The notes: generated by a model from the sequence alone, not told the origin. A DNA stretch of 64,000 nt from an uncultured Actinomycetes bacterium (GCA_963728735.1 CAVSLX010000009.1:11190-75189), one strand, 5' to 3'; counted from the first letter of the stretch, positions 29,385-41,212 are shown. Made by a program: numbers and translations.

Positions 29385-29951
29385 TCAAGCCATGGCTCGA
29401 CCGGGCTGGTAACGCAGGGCCACCGCCCCCGACCGGAATTCCTGACGGCCCACGAGCCTCAGCTCGAGCCGTTCGCTCAAGCCGGCGAACAACGTCGGTC
29501 CGTGGCCCGCCAGGATGGGCTGCACGACGAACTCGTACTCATCGATCAATCCCAGATCCGCCAAGGCCAGCGGGAGGGTCACGCCTCCCACGAACAGGCC
29601 TTTGCCTGGCTCCTGCTTGAGCTGCTGAACGGCTGTCCCGAGGTCTCCCTTGACGAGCTCCGCGTTCCAGTCGACCCGGTCAAGGGTGCCCGACACGACA
29701 TACTTCTTTGCCGCGTCGATCTTCCGGGCGAAGGGGACCATCCAATCAGCCATCCAGTCAGGCCACGTTCCAGTCGCTGGTTGCCGCCACGCGGCCTCCA
29801 TCATCTCGTAGGTCACCCGGCCAAAGAGCAGGGCATCGGCTCGTTCCAGCTCGGCGGCCCAATAGCGATGCGACTCCTCGTCCGCGATCCCCACGTGGTG
29901 ATCGCAGCAGCCGTCGAGGGTGACGTTGATCGCGTATCGGAGCGGTCTCAT
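29385..29951 (-). CDS. Dihydrofolate reductase/RibD C-terminal family protein
   Basis: INVTLDG, LLFGRVTYEMM, LIDEYEFVVQPILAGHG. Confidence 0.9.
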   Translation of the reverse strand: MRPLRYAINVTLDGCCDHHVGIADEESHRYWAAELERADALLFGRVTYEMMEAAWRQPATGTWPDWMADWMVPFARKIDAAKKYVVSGTLDRVDWNAELVKGDLGTAVQQLKQEPGKGLFVGGVTLPLALADLGLIDEYEFVVQPILAGHGPTLFAGLSERLELRLVGRQEFRSGAVALRYQPGRAMA

Positions 29952-30043
29952 AGGCGTGTGCTCCCCCTTGCTTCTCAAGTATCACGTGGCTGAACCCGGC
30001 AGTCAGGCCGCTGCCGTCCGCGACCTCGCCCAGCAGGACCAGC

Positions 30044-32025
30044 TCACATTCTCGATACCGGCCGGTCAGGACGGAGGAAGCGGTCGAACCAGGCCTGCGT
30101 GCGGCGGATCGCGTCGAGGGCGTGGGCTCGCTCCATCGGCACGTGGCCCTCGCGCGGGTAGATCACGAGCTCCGTCTCGACGCCGGCCTCGACGAACGCC
30201 GCGAAGAGCTCCTCGGCCTGCCCGACCGGCGTGCATCGGTCCATCGCGCCTTGGATGATCAAGGTGGGCGTGGTGCAGTTCCGCGCGTGCATGACGGGCG
30301 ACCACCGCGGGTACGCGCCGTTCACATCGGTCCACGCTCCGCCGATCGCGAACTCGTCGTACGCGGCGATGTCCGACGTGAGGTGGAACGACGTCCAGTC
30401 CGAGATCACCGAATACGCGACGGCCGCGGCGAAGCGGTTCGTCTGCGTGACGGCCCATGCGGTCATGTACCCGCCGTAGGACAGGCCCGATATCCCGAGC
30501 CGGTCGGGATCGGCGATCCCCTCCGCGACGCACAGATCGATGCCGGCCAAGATGTCCTCGAGGTCCTTGCCGCCCGGATCGTCGATCACCGCTTGCGAGA
30601 ACGCGTGCCCTCTGCCGTTGCTGCCGCGCGGGTTCGGCAGGAGGCACGCGTACCCGCGCTGGCGAGCAGCACCGAGCTGGGCTCCGAATCGGAGAAGTAC
30701 CCGCCCCAGCACCACGACGGCCCACCGTGGACGAGCGTGAGCATCGGCAGCGGGCCCTTGGCGCCTCGGGGCGTGAGGAGCAGGCCTTCGATCTCGAGGC
30801 CGTCCGGCGCGGTCCACGAGAGCGTCCGCACATCGGGGAAGACGACGCCCTCCACGATCGCGTCGTTGAAGCCGGTTAGACGGATCCAGTCGCCGGTGTC
30901 GGCATCGAAGCGCGCGAGCTCGGGCGGCAGGCCGTGGGCCTGATGCGTGGTGAACACGGCGCCGCCACCGGCGAGCGTGCACGACGGCTTCGTGACCTCG
31001 TCGCCGATGAACGGCGCGCCGGCCCACACCTCTTCGCGAGCGCCGTCGAGGTCGATGCGGCCGCAGGCCGTGCCGGAGCCGTCGGAACGTCCGTACCAGA
31101 GCTTCCCCTCGTCGATCCACTCGACGAGACCGACCGTCTCCAGGTCGGGCCACGGGTCGAGCCCGCCGCCTCCGTTGACGTCGACGATCTTCACGCTGCC
31201 GCTCAGGAGACCGTGATCGCTGGAGTAGCCCTCGATCACGGCCGCGCGCCGTCCGTCGGGCGAGAGCGCGAGCCCCTCGAGCTGCCATCTCGGCGCATAG
31301 AGGGTCTCCTGGGTCCGCGCATCGAGGTCCAGTCGCACGACGGTGGATCGGTACCAGCCCGAGCCCGAGGGAACCTCCGAGACGAGGGCGACCGCGACGC
31401 CTCCGCCATCCCAGTCGACCTCCCACACGCAGCGGCCGGGCGGGCCGACCTCCGTGGCTTCGTGAGACGCGAGGTCGACGAGGAACAAGCGACGCCAGGC
31501 ATCGTGCGGTCGCCGCACGATCGGGTCCGGGTCGGGTTCTGAGGCGGTGACGGCGACCGCAGACCAGTCGATCCCGTATGACCACGGATCGGCGGCCAAG
31601 ACCAACAGGCGGCGACCATCGCTCGACCACAGGACCTGCTCGGCGTCGCCCCGGAGCGTCGCGGCGAGCGACGCCTCGCCGCCGGGCGCCATGACGTAGG
31701 GAAGGTGGTGCCCTGGCTTCTCGCGGTCCGACACGAAGGCGAGGCGCTCCCCGTCAGGAGACCACACGGGCGACCGATCGCTCCGGTCGGCGTCCGTCAG
31801 CCGAACCGGCGCGTCGTCACCCTCGAGCAGCCAGAGATCGCTCGGGACCGTGACGCCGTGCTCCGAAACCGTGGCCGTGAGCGCGAAGGCGATCCTCTTG
31901 CCGTCGGGAGCCACGGCGAGGCTCACCGGGGTCCGAACCTCCACGAGCCGCTCGGCGGTCGGGCCGCGCGAACCGCCCCCGGCGCGATCCTCGATCTCGC
32001 CTGCTCGGGTCCCCACGAGGTCCAC
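30044..32025 (-). CDS. S9 family (acylaminoacyl/prolyl oligo)peptidase, frameshift near 30655
   Basis: PD40 repeats, VHGGP, PNPRGSNG, GLSYGGY nucleophile, D...YPREGH; AAGGAG RBS. Confidence 0.92.
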
Positions 32026-32103
32026 GTGCGTCGCTCCTTCCCTCGGCAGGGGGCCGACTGTAGGGTCGCGGCGACCGCGCGGCAACGCCCGGATGCTTCG
32101 TGT

Positions 32104-32490
32104 TCACTCGAGCTCGCGCGACCGTGGGTCGCGACGCACCGGCGTCCGGTAGTCCGGGTCGCCGCGGGCCACGAGGAACTCGACCGCCGCCCAGAGCCCC
32201 TTCGACCGCGGATAGAACCACAGCGGCACCACGACCAGGACGACGATCGACGCTGCGATCAGCGGCGGCACGGGCACGTCGGGGACCGTGTACGCGAGCA
32301 CCACGCCGAGCATCACGCCCCAGACGGCGAGGGCGATCGTGTAGTTGACCGTCATCGCGCCGAGGAAGCCTCCGAGTTCCGCCTCGAACCGCAGATCGCA
32401 TCGTGGACATCGCGCCTTCATCGTGAACCAGCCGTCCCAGATCCGTCGCTCGGCGCAGCGGGGACAGCGCTTGCGGAGGCCTCGCGTCAC
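32104..32490 (-). CDS. DUF983-like zinc-ribbon membrane protein
   Basis: RCPRC...RCPRCDL, two TM helices, RSKGLW; the true start may lie further upstream. Confidence 0.8.
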   Translation of the reverse strand: MTRGLRKRCPRCAERRIWDGWFTMKARCPRCDLRFEAELGGFLGAMTVNYTIALAVWGVMLGVVLAYTVPDVPVPPLIAASIVVLVVVPLWFYPRSKGLWAAVEFLVARGDPDYRTPVRRDPRSRELE

Positions 32491-32769
32491 GACCGTCGGC
32501 CAGCCGGCCTCGGTGAGCAGCGGTGTCGGCGCTGCCCCGGCACCTGGCGCGCCGGGCTCGAGTGAGCCGTAGGGGTCCGAGGTTCCGGCCGTCGCGACCC
32601 TCCTCAGTCGTCGTCGATCGCGGAGCGCTTCACCGTTGATGGTCGAGGATCGAGGCTACCTCCGACGGGCCGTTCGTGGGGCGGCCGGCGCTGCCCCGCA
32701 GGGGGTCCGCAGGGGAAGCCATTCGGCGGATGCGCCCTTATCCGAGACCGGGTGTACCATCGCCGGACC

Positions 32770-33196
32770 ATGCCGACGCGTCGAGCGACGAAGAAGACCG
32801 CACCCCCCTCGGCGGCGCGAACCGGCGCCGCCTGGGGGTCGTGGACTACACGCTCGCGAAGCGGGCCTTGCTCCGCGATACCAGCGTCGGCCTGCTCTCG
32901 AGCACCGACATCTGCGACGCGCATCCCGAGCTGATGCGCGCAGCGCAAGCCACGTCGGCGAGGAGACGCGCAACGACTGCCCGGTCTGCTGCGCGCGAGA
33001 AGCTCGTGTTGCTCGCCTACGTCTACGGCGACACGTTGAAGCGGAGAGCGGTCGCGTGTGGTCGATCGCGACCGCGCTGCGGATGGCGGCGGCGCATCCC
33101 GGCTCGTGCCTGCTACGTCGTCGAGGTCTGCGGAGCTGCTCCTGGAACCACCTCCGCGAGGCGTACTCGGCGCGACGGCCGCCGCCGACCGGCTGA
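32770..33196 (+). CDS. DUF5318 family protein (Rv0049-like), frameshifted
   Basis: VVDYTLAKRALL, DICDAHPELMRAA, CYVVEVC, CSWNHL; precedes ponA. Confidence 0.8.
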
Positions 33197-33274
33197 CCGG
33201 CGCGAGCCTGCCGGGCCGAAGAACCAGGGCCGAGCCGAGGCTGGAGAACGGCCCCTGTTAGCATCGGATCCACC

Positions 33275-35660
33275 GTGGCCAGCGGAACGCGAACCCTTCG
33301 AAGCCCAGGGACGACTACGTCCCGAAGCATGCGCCGTCGCGGGCACGGCGCCGCGCGACCGTCCAGAAGCCGACCAAGAAGCAGACCCAGAAGCCGACGT
33401 CCGAAACAGATCAAGAAGCCGACCGGAAGAAGACGATCGACAAGAAGGGGGATCGGGCGCGCGGCCGACGAAGCGGTCGTTCCTCCGCCGCCGTTGGTGG
33501 CTCATCGCTCCTGCTTGCGCCCCGGTTTCGGCCTCGCGGTCGTCGGCGCGAGCGCTCTTCTGATCGCCTACGCGCGGACCGAGCTCCCCGAGCGGCTGCC
33601 GCCGATCCAGACCACGTTCGTCGTAGGACCGCGACAGTAAGGAGCTCGCGAAGCTGCACGGCGCGGTCGACCGCACGATCGTGCTCGCTCGAGCGAGATG
33701 TCGCCCAACCTGCATCGACGCGGTCCTCGCGACGGAGGACCACGACTTCTACGAGCACTCGGGTGTCGACCCGATCGGCATCCTGCGGGCCGCGTGGACG
33801 AACCTGCGCGGGACCGACAACGAGGTCCAGGGCGCCTCGACGATCACGCAGCAGCTCGTGAAGAACGTGTACGCCGGCGACTACGTCACCGACCCGGAGA
33901 CGGGCCTGCAGGAATACATCCAGCCCCAGCGGTCGGTGTCGCAGAAGGCCGCGAGATCATGCTCGCGATCAAGCTCGAGCGCGAGTCGGCAAGGACGCGG
34001 ATCCTCGCGCAGTACCTGAACACGGTCTACTTCGGCCAGGGCGCGTACGGGATCGAGGCGGCGGCCCAGACGTACTTCGGGAACCCCGCTGCGCGGCTCG
34101 TCGGTGCTGCAAGTCGGCCACACTCGCCGGGGTCCTGCACGCGCCCGAGCTCTACGACCCGATCGACCGGCCCGAGGACAACATCTTCCGGCGCGACTAC
34201 GCGCTCGACCAGATGGTCCGCTACGGGTACCTCGACGCCGGCCGACGCCGAGCGGCTGAAGGACCGGCGGTGCTGCCGAGACCGTGAGGGGGAACGACGG
34301 CGACCGCCTCGAGCGCGCCCGGCGAATCGGAGTATTTCGTCGACTACGTCCGCCAGGAGCTGCTCGGGCGTCCGCGAACTACGGCAGCGCGCGGGTGTAC
34401 GGCGGCGGCCTGCGCGTCACCACCACGCTCGATCATGGAGCTGCAGCGCGCCGCCGAGACGGCCATCGCGGACGGCACCTGCCCGACGCGCAGAGCGACC
34501 CCGACGCCGTCGCTGGTCGTCGATCGACGTCGGAGACCGGCGAGATCCTCGCGATGGTGGGGGGCCGGAACTGGGCCGAGTCCAAGTTCAACCTCGCGAC
34601 GTTCAAGGGCGGCACGGGTCGGCGAGGCCGGGTCGGCGTTCAAGGCGTTCACGCTCGCGGCCGCGATGGAGAACGGCTACGACCTCCGGAAGGTCTGGGA
34701 GCGGTCCGGAGACGCTCGGCGATCCCCGACTGCCCGGACCCCACCTCATCCGACGGCATCTGGCATCCCGTGAACGCCGAGGGCTCCGGCACCGGCACCC
34801 TCGAGAGCGCGACGGCGCACTCGGTGAACACCGTCTTCGCGCAGGTGATCGCGCAGCTCGGCCCCGAGAAGGTCGTCGACATCGCGCAGCGCCTGGGCAT
34901 CGAGTCGTCGCTCCCCGCCGCCTGCTCGATCACCCTCGGAAGCGTCGGCGTGAACCCGCTCGAGATGACGCAGGCTTCGCGACGCTCGCCAACGGCGGCG
35001 TGCGTCACGACGCCACGCCGTACCTGAGGTGAAGTCGCCGACCGGTCGCGATCGATCGCAAGCTGGGACCGGACGAGGAGGGCGTCGAGGCGATCGACGC
35101 CGAACGACGCTCGGCTCGTGACGTACGCGCTCCAGGGCGTGATCGAACGGGGGGACCGGCAGCAGCGCGTCGATCGCGCCGTACCCGGCGGCGGGCAAGA
35201 CCGGCACCGCGAACGAGAACGTCGACGTCTGGTTCTGCGGCTACACGGTCAGATCGCGACGTGCGTGTGGGTCGGCTACAAGGAGGAGCGAGATCCCGCT
35301 CGTGGACATCCAACGGATTCGCCCAGCTGTTCGGCGGCACGATCCCCGCGGCGATCTGGCAGGACTTCATGACGTTCGCGATGGACCACCTCGGGCTCGA
35401 GTCCGATCCGTTCGCCGCCGCCGAGCTTCGAGGGGTACACGATCGGGCCCGAGGTACCGGTGGTGGTTCACGCCGGTCGCATGTCGCCGACGGCTCGGCT
35501 CCCCGAGCCCGGAGCCCGAGCCGAGGACCGAGCCGCAGCCCGACCGACGGACCGTCCCCGAGCCCGACCGAGGAGCCCGGAGCCGACCGACCGAGCCGAC
35601 GAACCGTCCCCCCGCAGGCGACAGCAGCGGGCACCCCGAGGGCGGCCAGGCGACGGCTGA
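33275..35660 (+). CDS. ponA: Class A penicillin-binding protein (transglycosylase/transpeptidase), many apparent frameshifts; ends approximate
   Basis: ATEDHDFYEHSGVD, GASTITQQLVK, YLNTVYFG, GSAFK (SxxK), SVN, GKTGT and a Pro-Ser tail in alternating frames. Confidence 0.85.
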
Positions 35661-35672
35661 CGGGAGGCCGGG

Positions 35673-37789
35673 TCAAGGACGAGGATCGCCGCGAGCGAGG
35701 AGTCGAGCGGAAGACCGCCGTGATCGTCGTTCCGCGTCCGGGCGAGGATCGCACCGTGAGGGTTCCGCTCGCGAGCTCGACCCGCTCGCGCATCGAGGCG
35801 AGCCCGACCCGCCCCTGTCGGAGGAACTCGCGCGCCTTCGCGCTGTCGAACCCGTCGCCGTCGTCGTCGACCTCGACCCGCAAGAGCTCTCCGTCGGTCT
35901 CGACGTGGACGTGTGATCGTCGAGGCGGCCTCGCGTGCTTGCGCGGCGTTCGTGAGCGCCTCCTGCACGATGCGGAACGCGAGCGTCTCGAGGTCGTCGG
36001 GGATCTGCTCGTCCACGGATCCGCTGAACGACGCCGCGACGCCGTGCTCGGTGCCGAACCGCGCGAGGGTGTCGCGGAGCGCCGGGATCAGCCCGCGCTC
36101 CTCCAGCACCGGCGGGCGGAGACCCGACATCAGGCGCCGGAGCGCCGTCGGCCTCGCCGGCGAGCTCCTCCCGGATCTTCGTCAGCACGTCGAGGCCCCT
36201 CTCGACGTCGCCGGCCTTGATCATCAGCAAGCGCCGCCTCGAGCGACAGGGAGGCGGCCGACACGCCCTGGACCGGACCGTCGTGGAGGTCGCGTGCGAT
36301 GCGGTTGCGTTCGGACTCGATCGCGGCGTTCGTCCGGCGGAGCAGCCGCGTCCGGTCCTCGTCGCGGTCCTGCAGGAACTGGAACAGCGAACGGATCGTC
36401 TGGTCGGCGACCTTGGCGGCGGTCACGTCGCGCACGAGCAGCAGCAGGCGGGGGGGCGTCGTCGGAACCGTCGAGACGCGGCTCTCGAGGTAGAGCGGCT
36501 GTCCGTCGGTCCGCTGGATCTGGGTCGTGCCGGCCTCCGGGAAGCGACGCGAACACGCGTCGGCGCCTCGACGGCCGCGGCGAGCGCGGTCCACGGCTGG
36601 CCCTCGATCGCCTGCAGGTCGAGGCTCACCATGCGCGCGAACGCCTCGTTCGCGCGGATCACCACACCGCGGTCGTCGAGCTCCACGAAGCCGTCGACCG
36701 CCGCGTCGAACACGAGCCGGAGGTGCTCCTCGGACGCGCGGAGCGTCTCGTTCGCCTCGCGGACGCGGTCGAGCGCAGCGTCGGCCTCCTCGAGGGCGAG
36801 CTCGCGTCGTGCGAGCGCGTCGCGGACCTCGTCGTGCGCCTGCGCGCTCGAGAACTGGTTCGCGAGGATCCGTGCGGCGACGCGACACCCCGAGGACCCG
36901 ATGATCAGCGACGACTGGAAGCCCTGCAGCCCGCGCGCCTCGTCGACGATCGCGACGAGGCCGAGCGTCCCGCACGCGGCGACCACCGCGGCGCTCGTGA
37001 GGACCGGACGGGCGATGTCGCGCTCGGCGCGGCGGCCGGTCGGGGTCCGTGGCGGCCGCCGCCGACACGGTCGCCAGGAGCAGCGGCGCCAGCAGGAACA
37101 TCGACGTTCATCCACTGGGCTCCGCCCGTCGTAGGCCCGTGCGTCCAGTCGTAGCCGAACTGGATCGTCGCGACCACGTAGCGGCGAACGCGAGGAACAG
37201 CCCGAGGTGCGAGACCGTCGGCACCCACAGGGTGAGGGCCGCGAAGGCGATCAGCTGCGAGGCGGCGAGGAGGCGAAGGTCGGCGGCCGACAGCGAGGTC
37301 GCCGTATCGCGCGTCGGTCGGACGGATCACGAGGTAGAACAGCGCCGCGACGGACGCGCGAGGAGCCAGACGTCGATCGCGATCTCGCGGCGGTCCGAGC
37401 GCGTCGAAGTGGGCGCGGAACTCCTGCCGCATGCGCCCAGGTGAGCGGCACGAGGAGGCCGAGGAACAGCAGGTCGGCGATCCGTGGGTGGTACATCGTC
37501 TCGTCGAGTGCGCCCGCGATCGCGAACAGCAGCGAGCCGAAGCCCGCGAGCCCGATGCCGACCGCCAGGCCTCTCGCGCCCGGCCATCCGTTGGCGGGCC
37601 CGCGTGCGTGGATGATCGCCGCGGCGACGAAAGCGGTGACCCCGCGGTCACTGCGGCGACGATCGCCTGCTCACGGCTCCCTCCTTCGATCAGCAGGGAG
37701 ATCCCGAGGCCCACGATCGCCAGCGCCGCGACCACGGCGAGCAGGGCGATCGGCTCGGTGGGCCGCCGGGGGGCGTCGGCGTCGATCAT
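35673..37789 (-). CDS. Membrane PAS sensor histidine kinase (HisKA_3), frameshifted; ends approximate
   Basis: TM segments, PAS (VFDAAVDG), ERNRIARDLHDGPVQ, QEALTN, DDGDGF, GLASMRER. Confidence 0.82.
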
Positions 37790-37918
37790 CGTCGCACCAT
37801 GATGCAGGTGAAGGGCGTCCGGCTCCATCACCCGAGGAGGGGAACCCGATGGACCGAAGACCTAGTCCGAAGGTGGTCCCGACGGCCGACGGCCGCCTAT
37901 CCCGGCGCTCTTTCGAGG

Positions 37919-38557
37919 CTATTCGATGAGGCGCCGGCGCAGGGCTTCGGCCACCGCCGCGGTGCGGTCCGACGCGCCGAGCTTCTCGAAGATGTGCTCG
38001 AGGTGCGTCTTGACCGTGTCCGGCGAGATGTACAGGCGCTCGGCGATGTCGCGATTCGTGTGCCCGAACGCGAGCAGCTGCAGGACCTCGATCTCGCGCG
38101 CGGTGAGCGTCTCGGCCCGCCGGTCGCGCTCCTTGGCGGTCGAGAGTTCCTCGGCCAGGGCGACGACGAGCTGAGGGTCGATCACCATGTTGCCGCCGGC
38201 GACGAGTCGCACGGTCTGGATCAGGTGCTCGGCGTCGCGGGCCTTCAAGACGTAGCCGCGCGCGCCGCTCCGCACGGCCTCGACGACGAACTGGCGGTCG
38301 TCGTACGCGGTGAGCATGATGACGCCGATCGCCGGGTTGCGGTCGCGGATCTCGCGGGCCGCTTCGAGGCCGTCCATCTCGGGCATCCGGATATCGATCA
38401 GGCAGATATCGGGCGTCGCGGCCTCGATGAGGTCGAGGAGCTCCTTCCCGTTCGAGGCCTCGCCGACGACCTCGATGCCGTCGGCCATGTCGAGGTAGCG
38501 CCGGAGCCCTTGGCGCACGAGCGAGTGATCGTCCGCGATCGCAACCTTGATCGTCAC
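37919..38557 (-). CDS. NarL/LuxR family response regulator
   Basis: IADDH, DIRMP, LTAY, GYVLK, LTAREIEVL...TVKTH. Confidence 0.95.
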   Translation of the reverse strand: MTIKVAIADDHSLVRQGLRRYLDMADGIEVVGEASNGKELLDLIEAATPDICLIDIRMPEMDGLEAAREIRDRNPAIGVIMLTAYDDRQFVVEAVRSGARGYVLKARDAEHLIQTVRLVAGGNMVIDPQLVVALAEELSTAKERDRRAETLTAREIEVLQLLAFGHTNRDIAERLYISPDTVKTHLEHIFEKLGASDRTAAVAEALRRRLIE

Positions 38558-38631
38558 GGTTCCTCCGGTCCCCCCATGTCCCGCATCATCCTAAACGGTT
38601 CCCTCCCCGGAAAGGGGCCGAAAGGGAGCGG

Positions 38632-38686
38632 ACGCACACGTCGGCTCCGGCGAGCGCACGCACACGTCGGCTCCGGCGAGCGCACG
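38632..38686. repeat. Perfect 26-bp tandem duplication
   Basis: ACGCACACGTCGGCTCCGGCGAGCGC x2 (+ACG). Confidence 0.9.
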
Positions 38687-38703
38687 TTCCCTCGGTCTCT
38701 CCC

Positions 38704-39882
38704 TCAAAAGACGTACTGCCAGGCCACGAACAGCACCGCCATCAACCCGTACCCGGCCGCGAAGACCGCCGTGACCAGGGCGTCGGGGAGCCGGCCGCGT
38801 TCGACGGCGAGCGCGTAGCCCCAGGCCAGGGGGAACGCCACGATCACGAACCGAGGCATCGACAGGAGCGGGCGGTCGCCGAAGGGGGCGAGCAAGGGCA
38901 GCAGGAGGCTCGCCGCCGCGTACCCCGTGTAGCCGGGTCGGATCCGCCGAGCGGCGAGCGCAACCCCGGTCGCCGCCAGCCCGACCACCGCCGCGTCGAG
39001 CAGCCAGTATCCCCGGTACCGCCAGGCGTACCGGAGGGCGTCCCAGGCGGCCTCGAAGGGCCACGTCGTCGTGCGGCCCCAGTTGCGCTGAGCGTCGAGA
39101 GGGGCCCAGAGGTCGTCGAACCGCAATTTCCACCACAGCAGGTACAGCAGCGGTCCCGCCGCGACGGCCCCGGCGGCGAGCAACCGGGGGAGCAGCGGCC
39201 GGCCTTCGCGGCGTCGCTGCGACATGGCCTCGATCGCGAGCCCGACGATCAACAGGACACCGACGCTCCGCGTGAGCGCGGCGAGCGCGCCGGCCGCTGC
39301 CGCCCAGCCCCAGCGATCACGCCGGGCGCACCAGAACGCGAGCAGCGACAGCAGCAGGAAGAGCGATTCAGTGTACGGCGCGAGGAAGAAGAACGCCGTC
39401 GGGAAGATCGCGAGGTAGCGGATCGCGCGCCGGGCCGTTATCCGATCGTCGCCGAGCTCGAGGCGGGTGAGCCCGTGGAGGACCACGAGCGATCCGAGGA
39501 GCGCCCCGTTCGACACGAGCAATCCGGCACCGAGCGGCCCGATGCCCGGGAGCCACGCGACGATCCGCACGAGCGCGGGGTACAGCGGGAAGAAGGCGGC
39601 GCTCGGGTCGCCCGGTGCGTATCCCTCGGTCGCCAGGCGCATGTACCACAACGCGTCCTGTCGCTGGGTGGCGGTGAACAGCACGTGCCAGCCGGCCTCG
39701 AGCGAGGGCGCCGCGAACCCCGAATCGGTCGCGGGCTGGCCCGGCGGGATCGGGAACATGCCGGTGGCGCCGATCGCCGAGAGGACGAACAGGCCGATCC
39801 GAACGGCGAGGAACACCATCAGCGCGTCTCGGAACCCGTCGCGGAGCCTCGGTGCCGCCTCGGACAGGTCTGGTGCGCTCAC
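38704..39882 (-). CDS. GT-C mannosyltransferase (PIG-V-like)
   Basis: QDALWY...GY, AFFPLYP, FPTAFF...YTESLF, SMPRF. Confidence 0.88.
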   Translation of the reverse strand: MSAPDLSEAAPRLRDGFRDALMVFLAVRIGLFVLSAIGATGMFPIPPGQPATDSGFAAPSLEAGWHVLFTATQRQDALWYMRLATEGYAPGDPSAAFFPLYPALVRIVAWLPGIGPLGAGLLVSNGALLGSLVVLHGLTRLELGDDRITARRAIRYLAIFPTAFFFLAPYTESLFLLLSLLAFWCARRDRWGWAAAAGALAALTRSVGVLLIVGLAIEAMSQRRREGRPLLPRLLAAGAVAAGPLLYLLWWKLRFDDLWAPLDAQRNWGRTTTWPFEAAWDALRYAWRYRGYWLLDAAVVGLAATGVALAARRIRPGYTGYAAASLLLPLLAPFGDRPLLSMPRFVIVAFPLAWGYALAVERGRLPDALVTAVFAAGYGLMAVLFVAWQYVF

Positions 39883-41123
39883 GCGAGGCGGGCTCCGGTC
39901 GGGGCGGCCGCGGTCGGACGCGTCGCCCATCCTCGGGTGCCGAGCGCCAGGGGTGCCGGGTCGCGGGCGAGCCATCCCGCGACGCACCACAGGAGCACGC
40001 CCGCACGCAGGATCACCGCGGCTTCGAACAGCCACTGCGGTGCCCCGTCGATGTCCGACAGCGTGCCGAAGAACGAGAAGCGGGTCACGAAGACCGCGAC
40101 GTCGGCGATCTCGAACGCCACGAAGCGCTTGAGGTCCGGCAGGACGAGCACGAGCCAGGGCAGCAGCCAGAGCCCGTACTGCGGCGAGTAGACCTTGTTC
40201 GTGAGCAGGAAGCACACGAGCAACGGGAACCCGAGCGTCCATCGAGGGAACGAGGGGGAGCGCGCCGCCTTCCACGACCACAGGCCGATGAACGCCGCGG
40301 CGAAGAGCAGGGCCGAGGAGACGTTGATCGATCCGATGGACAGGCACGCCGGGTCCCACGCCCGGCACGCGATGAACCACGCGCTGTCCCAATCGGCCGG
40401 CCGCGCCCCGTTGAAGCGGAAGAACTCCCACCAGGACCCGGGTGCGGCGATCACGAACGGGAGGTTCACGACGAGCCACGTCGCAGCCGTCGCCCACACG
40501 ACTCGGATCCCCCGATCGGGCTCGCGGTCCTGCAGCCGTTGCATCAGCAACGGAAGAGCGAGCAGGGCCGGGTAGAACTTCGCGGCGGCGCCCAGGCCGA
40601 GCAGGACACCCGCGAGCCCGTCGCGCCGGTCGGCGAACGCGACGAGCGCGCCGGCGGCGAAGGCGACCGCGATCAGATCCCAGTTCACGGTCCCGTAGAC
40701 GAGCAGCGTCGGCGCGAGCGCGAACCAGAGCGCGCGGCGGCCGGCGAGGAGCCACAGGCACACGCCGATCAGCCCGGCGGCCGCCGTCAACACGATCGCG
40801 TTCGCGTAGAAGAACGGGGCGTGGCCGTTGTCACCCGAGAGCCACGCGGCGGCCCGCATCACGTACATCGTGAGCACGGGGTACTCGTCGCAGTTCTGCC
40901 CTTCGACTCGCGTGCAGGGGTCGAGGAACGGCAGGCGGCCGCCTCCCAGCTGCTCGGTCCCGAGCAGCGGAACGATGTCGGTGTAGCAGAGCAGCCGGTA
41001 CTGGCGGAGGTCGCCCCAATCCCCGGTCGCGCACGGCGTCTTCTGCGCGACCCCGAGGGCCATCGTGCCGAGCACGCACCCCAGCACGACCCCGAGGCCG
41101 ATCGTGCGTCGCGCCTGCTTCAT
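39879..41123 (-). CDS. Glycosyltransferase family 87 (Rv0051-like)
   Basis: CYTDI, EYPVLT, NWDL, AAKFYP, NKVYSPQY. Confidence 0.9.
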   Translation of the reverse strand: MKQARRTIGLGVVLGCVLGTMALGVAQKTPCATGDWGDLRQYRLLCYTDIVPLLGTEQLGGGRLPFLDPCTRVEGQNCDEYPVLTMYVMRAAAWLSGDNGHAPFFYANAIVLTAAAGLIGVCLWLLAGRRALWFALAPTLLVYGTVNWDLIAVAFAAGALVAFADRRDGLAGVLLGLGAAAKFYPALLALPLLMQRLQDREPDRGIRVVWATAATWLVVNLPFVIAAPGSWWEFFRFNGARPADWDSAWFIACRAWDPACLSIGSINVSSALLFAAAFIGLWSWKAARSPSFPRWTLGFPLLVCFLLTNKVYSPQYGLWLLPWLVLVLPDLKRFVAFEIADVAVFVTRFSFFGTLSDIDGAPQWLFEAAVILRAGVLLWCVAGWLARDPAPLALGTRGWATRPTAAAPTGARLA

Positions 41124-41212
41124 GCCGGCGCATGGTAGCCGGGCGGCCGCCTCAGGTGTGCTGCGAGCGGGCGCGTGGACCGTTCGAGCGCGCACTCGTA
41201 GAGTGTCTGGTC

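Noticed and set aside
28478-29951. APH-like and DHFR-like genes as antibiotic resistance determinants
   Set aside because: They belong to broad kinase and RibD-C families; nothing in the sequence indicates resistance specificity.
23450-30000. Integron cassette array
   Set aside because: Genes are in mixed orientation, no recurring attC-like spacers were seen, and there is no integrase.
38590-38660. Resemblance to a c-di-GMP-I riboswitch (AAAC...GAAA...GACGCA)
   Set aside because: It lies on the plus strand, opposite to both flanking genes, and the P1 and P3 elements are not recognisable.
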